Below, one piece after another: positions 48,201-57,818 of a stretch of 64,000 bases of DNA (position 1 is its first letter; every line of letters starts with the position of its first letter). The translations under genes and the position numbers were made by a program. Under the pieces are notes generated by a model, which was not told where the DNA came from, ran no database searches, and worked only from the letters and a program-made list of their open reading frames with translations. The DNA is from Hydrolagus colliei (Eukaryota). The stretch lies in the NCBI GenBank assembly GCA_035084275.1, contig CM068752.1:10106001-10170000 (forward strand), in the 5' to 3' direction.

Positions 48201-51200
48201 TTGTCTCTTTGTGTGTGTGAGGCAAGCGCGCTAATTAATACAATCATCACTGCTTTCAAAGCGCTTCCTTGTGTCAATTTGTACCAAAGAAGAGAACATG
48301 GGAGTACGTTTGCTAACCTTGACTGCTGGGGGCTGAGCCGAAGATCTCGGACTCAGTGAGACAGTCACAGTAACTGGGGTCCCAGGTCAGGCCATGGGGG
48401 CATGTTTTGTTTGCCAGACTGCACCTAGAGAGAAAAAAACACGTGAAAACCATCCGTTAGGGTCTGAGCTCCATCAAGTTTCCAGTCTGGTTGTTGCTGT
48501 TGGCCTGTGAACCACAGGCAGAGCTACGTTTCCACTATAATAATAATAATATAGCACTTTTCACATCTTCGAGATATCTCAACATTGTTTACAGGATATT
48601 CAATACTCTAAAGTGAATTTAATGTATATTTGCGGGCGAAACACGGCAGCCAATTGCGCACAGTAGTGGCCCCACAAACAGCCGTGGATCAAAGTGACCA
48701 ATTTATTATTGTTTTTCTTTCTTGGGGGATTATTATCAGGCATGTGGAGTAAGGAAACTTGACCTGGCTTGGAATCAAACCCAAGTCTCCCTCTTGTAAG
48801 GCGAGTGCCCTAAACACTCAGCTACAGGATTCCTACACGAGACAATGCAGTGACTGCGTGTTTTGTGGACAATTGCCACAGAGAAACTCCCTCCTCTTTT
48901 CGTATAGCACCACGGGATCTATGACGTCCACTTGGATAGGCAGATGGGACCTTGGTTTAACTTCTTATAGTATAATAATCCTTGCATTTGATATAGCGCT
49001 TTTCACGGCCTCTAGACATTTCAAAGCGCTTCACAAAATATACTGTAACGTGAATTGACTGTTGTATTTATGGGCGAAACACGGCAGCCAATTGTGCACA
49101 TTAGTGTCCCACAAACAGTCGTGGTTTGAAAATGACCAATTTTTATTGTGTTTTTTTTGGACAGGTTATTATCAGGCGTGTGTATGGAGTAAGGAAAGTT
49201 GCCCAAGGTTTCGCCCCGATCTGCCTGGATTCAAACTCAGGTCTCACGCTTGTAAGGCGAGCGCTCTAACCACTGAGCTACAGGAGCTCCACTGTAGCTT
49301 CTTGTCATCCAAAGAACAGAACTTCCAACAGTGAAGCACACCCATGAGTGCATTGCAGAGTTAGCCCATTACCGTAACCTGAAAGTCCTTATTTAGCAAT
49401 CCTATTAAGATATCTCTATATGTCAGATTCTGGGTTTTGCCCAGAAGCACGCTGTGTTGTGGTCGAAAGCATAATTTCCGCGCACCAAATACATGTCCAC
49501 AGTTCAATTCCCCTTTACAGCAAGTGTTTGAGGCGTCTAAACGACGTGATAAGGCGCTCTTATTATTGTGATTGAGCACAGTTTCCTTACCCGGCCGGGG
49601 ATACTGTCAAAGAGCGTCTGATGATGGAGTGTGATGGTCCGAGTGGCCCTGGTTTGTGCTGACAGCGACAGGCTGTGTGATTGAGGAAGCTGATAGTTAC
49701 AGGACGAGGCATCTGGGCGTTTGGCAGTTTGATCTCCATCAGCTAGAGGAGCAAAAAAAACACACGCAAAGGTTTTCCACAGCAGCAGGCGAGAGGCTGG
49801 AACTGAACCCAGCGCATACAACAACAACAGCAACTTGCATTTATATAGCGCCCTCCTCACGGGCTATGTCTGGGAGCTCTTAACCGTGGCAGAGCAGCCT
49901 GATTCAGAGCCGGGGGTGTTGGGGGGTGGGATGTGGAGGGAGGAAGTGACTGCGAGCACAGTCGAAGAGGAGAAAAATAGTCCGACTTTTAACTACAAAA
50001 CAGCAACAGTTCACCAGGAGATTTCACCGCAGTAATAATAGCAGTAATAGTATCATAATAATAATAATCCTTGCATTTGATATAGCGCTTTTCACGTCTT
50101 CTAGAGGTTTCAAAGCGCTTCACAGAATGTACTGTAAAAGTGAATTGACTGTATATTTGTGGGTGAAACATAATATATAATAATAATATAATAATGATAG
50201 TAATAATAATCCTCTCATTCCGCATTTGTGAAATGTCTCAAAGCGCAGTGCAGGGTCTTGCTGTGACGTGTAGTGACTGTGTATTAGTCGGTGAACGCTC
50301 ACTGTCTGCCGATTTCCACACGGCAACCGTCCCCACAAACAGCCGCTGCTTGGAGGAGCTCTAATCTCTGTTTCTGTGAATGGAATCTTCAACATCATTC
50401 TGGAGGTGCGGAGGGTATCTTTGTTGAACGCCATCAGTGGAGGAGAACGCGGCACTCCCCCAACATTGCCCTGGAGTGCGTCTCAACGTTGGCCTTGAAC
50501 CTGTCACAGGCCTCTGATGCGGAGCTAAGACCGCTACCCAATTAAGGCGGGTTCTAACCCTCCGCTGACAGAGAAGCTGTCTGGGGACGTCCTCCCGACG
50601 TGAAGGGCGCTCTATAAATGTGATGTTGTTGTTGTTGTTGTGGTTCTTCTGGTAACAATGTCCTTACCAGTGTTCCCGTCTGTTTCACCGTAGAATACAA
50701 TACCAAATTACATTTGTAAAGCGCCTTTCACGTCGGGAGGACGTCCTAAGGCGCTGGACTGTCATGGATTTTGGATCCCAGCTGGGGGCGTCGAGGATAG
50801 GGCGGCCGAAGGTACGGTCAAAGAGGAGGCAACATGACTACTGCAACTCTTATCTGTCACTCTATCAGTTACGCCAATGTGCAGCCCTACCTTGCAAGAC
50901 ATTTTTTCTACACAATCAAACAAATAAATATTCCCCGTAACACGAGCGACTAATTCATAATAAGGAGATGTTTTGTTACCAATAAAGGGGAATAATAATA
51001 ATCTTTCCTTTTGATACAGCGCCTTTCACGGAGAGATGACTTCCGCAAGCGCTTCTCAAGATGCACAGTCGAGTTATTGACTATGTTTTGTGGGTAAAAT
51101 TGTATATTGTTGGCGGCGTAGAGCGAGAACGGTCTCCTCGCCTCACCATCTTTCCCTCTTTGGTCTCTGGCACCTTGAAACATGCACAGATGGGGTTCGG

Positions 51201-53836
51201 TGTTGCTATTCTCTACCTGGCCACTGGTGGGCAAAAGAGGTCACGCTCTGTGTCAAGAGATGGACCAGGGCTCACTATGGCACAACAGCTGACAGCTACT
51301 TAATGAGTGTCAGTCAGCCTGGCACAGTGGTAGGCGATCTCGCCTCTGAGGCATCAGGTTGTGGGTTCAAATCCCACGTCAGGCCTTGAACCGGCATGGT
51401 CTGAGCTGACACTCCAACCAAACACTGGGGGAGAGCTGCATTGTCGGAGCCGCTGTCCTTCGGTTGAGACGTTAACCCGAGGTCCTGTCTGCCGGTGCAG
51501 GTGGACGTTGAGTATTCCATGTTTCGATTCAAACAGAGAAGGCAGTTTCTCTCTCCCACTAGCCCCTAAACAAAAATCAATCACTTGTTTCATGGCTGCT
51601 TGTGGGATATGGCTGTGCGCAATTCTGCTTCCATGCTTGCCTGCAAACACACAATAATTTTACAGTAAATCTTGTGAAGCGTTTTGAGACGTCCGTCTGT
51701 CATCAATAGAGCTATGCCAGTGATAAGCCCCTGTACCAAATACGAGGATTATTATTAGTACAGTATTAGTATTATTATTATTTGCCCACAAATACACAGT
51801 CAATTCACTTTAAAATATGTCCTATGAAGCGCTTTGAGACATAATAATAAAAATAATAATAATAATCCTTGCATTTGATGTAGCGCTTTTCAAATCTTCT
51901 GGACATCACAAAGTGCGTCACAGAATATACTGTAAATTGAATTGACTATATTTGTGGAGTCCTGAAGCTCACTGGTTAGAGCACTCGCCTTACAAGCGTG
52001 AGACCTGTGTTCGATTCCAGGCAGGTCAGGGCGAAACCTTGGGCGACTTTCCTTACTCCACACACCTGATAATAATCCCCCCCAAAATCAATAATAAATT
52101 GGTCATTTCATTCCATGACTGTTTTGTGCAATCGGCTGCTGAATTTATCCCACAAATGTACAGTCAATTCACTTTACCGTGAACTGCTTTGAGACGTCTA
52201 AAAAATGTGAACAGCGCTGTATCAAATGCAAGGATTACTATTATGATTATTATTATTATTAAGGCGTTGTATCAAAGTATTATCGCTGTGGTTAGTAATC
52301 AACCGACGGAATAAAAGCACAAGAGAGGAACTTACCGTCTTACTGACAAATGAGGTGCTAACGTTGACACACTGCAGCCCCTCGTTGTTGCAGCAGCCTC
52401 CACATCTGTGGACAGACACACATGGAGGTTTGTAGAACGTGTTTGTTGCAGGCCCAAGCTCTTTCCCCACATCCAAGCACACTTCTCTAGGCTTACACTG
52501 AGTCTTTTCCCATTCAAGTTCAATATCTGTCAAACGATTTATTTTAGTTATTAGTGAGAAACTTGAAAAGCACGGATACTTTGCAAACGGCAGACAGCGT
52601 GAAGGCTGAGCTAAATCTATCGTGTGTTTTGGGTGGGGATGGGGGGGTGGAACAGGGGGTTGAGGGTGTGGCGGGGGAGAGCGGAAATAACAAGGAGGAA
52701 CAGGATGGCTAGTTAGGCCTGACAAGTTACGTACTGTATATGTGTCGGTTTGTTGAATTCAGTCGTAACTTTGATGTTGTGGTTACCACACGGCACAAAT
52801 TCGGTAATAATCCTTGCATTTGGTACAGCGCCTCATCGCGTCTTCGAGACGGCTCGAAGCGCTTCGCAGGATATACGGTAAAGCGAATCGACTGCGTGCT
52901 CAGTGGGCGAAAGGCGGCGTGGAAATTTAGGCAGCACCTTTCGTTGCAGGGAGGACGGCCCAAGGCGCTTGAAATAACTTACGTAACCCAGAAATGTTAT
53001 GTTCCTGGAAATATATTATATAATATGCAATAATAATAATCCTTGCATTTGATATAGCACTTTTCACATCTTCTAGACATCTCAAAGCGCTTCACAGATT
53101 ATACTCTAAAGTGAATTGACTGTGTATTTATGGGCAAAACGCAGCAGCCTATTGCGTATAGCAGGGTGCCACAACCAGTCATGGGTTGAAATGACCAGGT
53201 GTTTTTTTTGAGCGATTATTGTTAGGCGTGTGGAAACTTGCCCAAGGTTTCACTCGAACCTGCCTGGATTCGAACCCAGGTCTCACATTTGTAAAGCACA
53301 TGCTCTAACCACTGAGCTACAGGACTCCACAAATATATTGCTCAGGCGACCCGCGGATGTTTCTCAAATAGGATCCTTCTTTCCCTCAGCAGCCATAAAG
53401 CTGGACCACCTCCACCCACCTCCCCCCTACACCACCTCTCCACCCCCCCCCCCACCACCTCTCCACCCCCCCCCCCACCACCTCTCCACCCCCCGCCCCA
53501 CCAGCCCCACAGCCCAACCCTGTTCTAAACTAACATGCCAACAATCCCACTTTGAGCCTTGTGTCCATTGCATCTTATCGGTCTCTGATTTGAGTAAATA
53601 AATGAACGCAAAAGGAGCTTTTCCTCACTTTTTAAGTCCTCCTTGTCCCATATCATGAAAGCCGCAGCTTCCTTCCACTCTGCGCCATCGTCCGTCCGCA
53701 GCCTGGACTGAGCTGCCCGGCTCCTCCGCTCCAAACACGCGTGGATCCTCATGTACTCTGGGTAAAATATATCCACTAACTCGGTTACGCTCGAAGCGGA
53801 TCTCAGCTGCTTCTCCAGCTCAGCACTCACCTGGCC
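42272..53836 (-). CDS. VEGF-C-like vascular endothelial growth factor precursor, partial (exons 2-7, 367 aa; exon 1 with signal peptide not found in window)
   Basis: Minus-strand exons 53836-53629, 52526-52336, 49742-49591, 48424-48318, 43949-43622, 42389-42272 (208, 191, 152, 107, 328, 118 nt), GT-AG and in frame. N-propeptide QLRSASSVTELVDIFYPEY. Cystine-knot VEGF homology domain EWEKTQCKPREVC...YKPPCVSVHRCGGCCNNEGLQC...FLNHTACRC. Furin site HSIIRR|S. Silk/BR3P repeats (CGPRMRFDEETCGCIC, CGPNQRLDESTCGCVC, CGEHQHWDQATCQCAC, CPKSQPLNPDTCTCQC). Symbol left blank because orthology to VEGFC versus a paralogue is unresolved. Confidence 0.92.
42655..42866. repeat. Short tandem array of (GT)n-TTAGCTYCAGCAATGA units interrupted by an L2 tail
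   Basis: Four copies of TTAGCT(C/A/T)CAGCAATGA separated by (GT)n. L2 tail at ~42726-42785. Confidence 0.75.
43167..43478 (-). mobile_element. tRNA-derived SINE
   Basis: Same family consensus. Confidence 0.85.
43972..44292 (-). mobile_element. tRNA-derived SINE with internal (TG)n expansion
   Basis: Same family. (TG)n at ~44170-44192. The tail ends ~20 bp from the acceptor of VEGF-C-like exon 6. Confidence 0.85.
46385..47779 (+). mobile_element. CR1-clade LINE, 5'-truncated 3' part of ORF2 (reverse transcriptase) with intact 3' tail
   Basis: SQHGFVKGKSCLTNLIEFF, YMDFQKAFDKVPH, SGVPQGLVLGPLLFVIYIND, KFADDTKL and RPQLEYCVQFWSP motifs. In-frame TGA at ~46700 (WL*DRKQ). 3'UTR ...AGATGGGCTGAATGGCCTCC... 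ends in (ATTCTAY/G)n. Antisense to the host VEGF-C-like intron 5. Confidence 0.95.
48540..49290 (-). mobile_element. Two tandem tRNA-derived SINE copies (~48540-48833 and ~48972-49290)
   Basis: Same family consensus twice in the same orientation. Confidence 0.8.
51310..51760 (+). mobile_element. Older Deu-domain SINE (AmnSINE/SacSINE-like superfamily)
   Basis: Different tRNA head (TGGCACAGTGGTAG...GGGTTCAAATCCC), then GCTGACACTCCA...GAGCTGCATTGTCGGAG...GTCCTTCGGTTGAGACGTTAACCCGAGGTCCTGTC and GGCTGTGCGCAATT. Related fragments at ~33010-33190, ~45150-45360, ~58390-58750 and ~63640-63960. Family assignment is from memory of DeuSINE consensus features, not from a search. Confidence 0.65.
51955..52258 (+). 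mobile_element. tRNA-derived SINE, full length
   Basis: Same dominant family consensus. Confidence 0.85.
53030..53330 (-). mobile_element. tRNA-derived SINE, full length
   Basis: Same dominant family consensus. Confidence 0.85.
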
Positions 53837-54789
53837 CTGCAACAGAGAACAGAGGAGGCTCTGTGAGTTAAGGCGCCTTGATAATCATCATAGTAATGAC
53901 ACCACTACTAACAATACACAGCAGCTTCTCACGTCGATTGGCTGCCGCGTTTCGCCCACAAATATACAGCCAATTCACTTTACAGTATATTCTGTGAAAC
54001 GCTTTGAGACGTCTAGAAGACAGTGAGTACATTTACTCAGCACCTTTCACGTCAGGAGGATGTCCCGAGTCACCGGACAGTTAGGGATCCGCACCCGAGC
54101 TGATATTTGGGATCAGGAGGGGGGGAGGGTAAGGATAGGAGTAACTTAAGTAAGTCCGTAAGACACCTCAAAGCACTTTACAGAATACATTGTGAAGCCA
54201 ATTGTGCACAATGGTATCCCACAAACAGGTGTGGTTCGAGTGGCCTAATTATTCTTCTTATTTTTTTATATTTAGTGTTTATGAAACACCCGGAAGGCAA
54301 TCCGCCAATCAACTAACGACTAGCTTCCTACTTACTGCCAGGTAAACAGAGGCGCGTGGAGGGAGGAAACTTGTCAAAGGTTCCGTCCCGGCCGTGAATC
54401 GAACCGTGGGTCTCTCACTCTCAAGGCGAGCGCTCTAGCCATTGAGCCACGGGATCCGCACAATCTGAACATGCAGGATTGCTATTGAAGCTGATAAGTG
54501 GCTATTTACACTCGGTCTTGAGGAAAGTGGGTTGCGTTGCTCGTCAAGAACCTGTTGGCTTCAACAGATATCAGGCACAGGACCAAAGTTACATTGAATC
54601 CAAGAGGCAGGACATGGAATGTTGACCAGGCTCCATTCACATGATCCCTGAATACAAGCTATTTTCTCTCTCTCTCTTCCTCTTTCTCTCTCTCTTTCTC
54701 TCTCTGCAGGCTGAAACAGGCTTGGATACCTTGACTTGGCTTACCCTTACACTTCACACATTTGCTCGAGTCTCAGAGGCAGAGAAGTG

Positions 54790-55072
54790 CAGCGGTTAGA
54801 GCACTCGCCTTACAACCGTGAGACCTGTGTTCGAATCCGGGCAGGTCAGGGCGAAACCTTGGGCAAGTTTCCTTGCACACATGCCTAATAATAATCCCTC
54901 AAAAAAAAAATCATCATTTCAATCCACGACTGTGTGTGGGACACTGCTGTGCGCAATTGACTGCCGTGTTTCACCCACTAATATACAGTCAATTCACTTT
55001 ACCATATATTCCGTGAAGCGCTTTGTCTAGAAGACGTGAAAAGCGCAATATCAAATGCAAGAATTATTATTG
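54790..55072 (+). mobile_element. tRNA-derived SINE
   Basis: Same dominant family consensus. Confidence 0.85.
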
Positions 55073-55234
55073 CTATTGTAGAGAAAGCAACATGACCGAC
55101 AGGGTGAAGAGCAACAATAACAACTTGCATTTCCATAGTTCCCTCCGTGCCGGGCGGCTTCTCAGAGCGTCTAAAAGGGAGCAAGATAAAAAAGGGGCAT
55201 GTGATGAGATATCAATCACTCTCTTGACTCCAGT

Positions 55235-55519
55235 GCCCTCTTCACGTCTTCTAGGTGTCTCAAAGTGCTCCACAGAATATACTTTCAAGTGAATTGACTG
55301 TATACTTTGTGGGCGAAACGCGGCAGCCAATTACGCACAGCAGCGTCCCCACAAACCGTGGATTGAAAATTATCAATTTATTATTGCTTTCTTTTCGAGG
55401 GATTACTATCAGGCATGTGGAGTAAGGAAACTTGCCCGAGGTTTCGTCCTGTTTGGAATTGAACCAAGGTCTCTCGGTTGTAAGGCGAGCGCTCTAACCA
55501 TTGAGCTACAGGGCTCCAC
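55235..55519 (-). mobile_element. tRNA-derived SINE
   Basis: Same dominant family consensus. Confidence 0.85.
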
Positions 55520-56869
55520 ATATCTTCAACCTAATGGCGCAATATATTATTGCTAAGCAGACTACAAAGCGGGTATATTATATTCTTAGTCGGGCGAATA
55601 ACGAAATCCTGATGTGCAACAACGCTCTGCAGTCTGTGATATACAACTTCAATCTGCTTCTCGAAACATATTGACAAGAGCAACCCATCAGTAATTGCAG
55701 CTGGGCCACAATCCGAAACACGCCGAAGAATTTGCGACGTGCGTTCGCGAGGCTAGTTTCTGTTGAGTAACGGCACAGAATTGCGTTCCAGCGAAATTGC
55801 TTTCATAAACCTTATCCTAACAAGCAAACATGTGGTCGCTTTTTACACAGGAGTCCTGTGTGAGGAATGTGATACAAGGGCGTGCCGCGCTTTTTTCTTG
55901 ACTGAAGTTTAATGAAAAGCAGCCCATCAAATTTTGCACCATTAGTGGATTAGAAATCATTCTCGAGCAAAGATACTTTCACTGGTAATTGCCACGGAGT
56001 CAGGCATGCTAACTGGATGCAGATTTTCCATTCGACGGGCAATTTACTTTGCAAACAATGTGGTAACAGGACCCCCAACGCCACCCCCACCCCCCTCCCA
56101 CCACCACCGTTCATGTGCAGCCATCTCCTGCTGCGTGTGTTGTCCAATTTGCGAGCTGTAAAATTTCACCTTCAGTGATAAGCCGCTACATCGAAAGTAT
56201 TTGTTTGTACCTCTTTAATAATAATAATGATCCTTGCGTTTGTTACAGCTCCTTATCACGTTTCTTGAGACGTCTCAAAGCGCTTCGCAGAATATACCAT
56301 CAAGTAGATTGACTGCGTATTTTGTGGGCGAAAAGCGAGAGCTAATTGCGCACAACAGGGTCCCGCAAACAGTCATGGAGTGAGTGACTAAATTTGATCA
56401 GGATAGTGTGCAGAATTAGATCTGTTAATTATTAGGAAGTCTGAAAGACAGCAACAAAATTAGATTTGTATAACGCCTTTCATGAGGATGTCACAAGGCG
56501 CTGAAAGAGGCAGGCATTGGAATAGATGCAGTGTAAAGGAGGTTTGGCGAAAGATTGCAGAATTGAGATTAAAAGATCAGCAAAGATCTAGTAATTTGAG
56601 ACCGTCTCAAAACACTTTGCAGAATATACTGAGAAGTGTTTTGGCTGTGTATTTTGTGGGCGAAGTGTGGCAGGAAATTTTTATTTACTTTATACCTCCT
56701 CTAACATGTCTGTTTGAAAACAAGTTCTGGATTGCCCTCAACCCTATCACTGGGTTTATCACAATATGTTATGCCACAGTAAAAATCCCTCCTGCCAGCA
56801 GTTGATGTGGAGTGCTTAAATGAACTTTTTAGCACTTTGTAAATCTAATGTGTAACAGCCCAATTTGTA

Positions 56870-57260
56870 TGGAGTCCTGTCGTGTGCTGATTAGGGTGCT
56901 CGCCTCGCAAGCAAGAAAACCTTGGGTTCGATTCCTGGACAGGACGAAACCTTAGGCAAGTTTCCTCACTCCACACATCCCTGTTTACCTGGCAGCAACT
57001 GGGAACCTGGTTGTTAGTGGATGCCGGGTGGATTGCTTTTCCGGGGGGTTATAATCCCATTGAAATGCAAAAAAAATTATTAATTATTCGGTCACTTCAA
57101 TCCGCGACTGTTTGTGGGACGCTGCTGTGCGCAATTGGCTGCCGTGTTTCGCCCACAAAACATACAGTCAATTCACTTTACAGTGATTTCTGTGAAGCTC
57201 TTTGAGATGTCAAGAAAATGTGATAAAGCTCCATTAATCAACTGCGAGGATTATTATTAC
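56870..57260 (+). mobile_element. tRNA-derived SINE, long variant, full length
   Basis: Head, extra CCTGTTTACCTGGCAGCAACTGGGAACC block, core and tail. Confidence 0.8.
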
Positions 57261-57479
57261 TATTGCTTGGTAATAACTCGCTAAAAAAAAAGTGGTTGTT
57301 CAATCCACAACCATTTGTGGACGCTGCTGTGAGCAATTGGCTGCCACTTTTTGCCCGCAATCAATTCACTTGACAGTGTAATCTGTGAAGCGCTTTGAGA
57401 CGTCTCAACGAAGTGGTAAGGCACTCTATCGAAAGTGAGGAGTATTATTGTGATTATCATCAGCCACTCTGAGACCAGT

Positions 57480-57818
57480 AATAATAATAATATAATAAAT
57501 AATAATCCTTGCATTTGATATAGCGCTTTTCACGTCTTCTAGACGTCTCAAAGCGCTTCCAAGAATATACTGGAAAGTGAATTGACTGTGTATTTGTGGG
57601 TGAAATGCGGCAGCTAATTGCGTACAGCGGCGTCCCCACTAACAGTCATGGATTGAAATTACCAATTTTTTTTTTTTTTTTTGGGGGGGGGTGGGATTAA
57701 TTATTGTTAGGCGTGTGGAGTCAGGAAACTTGCCCAAGTTTCGCCCGGACCTGCCTGGATTGGAAATAGGTCTCACGCTTGTAAGGCGAGTGCTCTAACC
57801 ACTGAGCTACAGGACTCC
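57480..57818 (-). mobile_element. tRNA-derived SINE, full length, near-consensus
   Basis: Same dominant family consensus. Confidence 0.9.
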
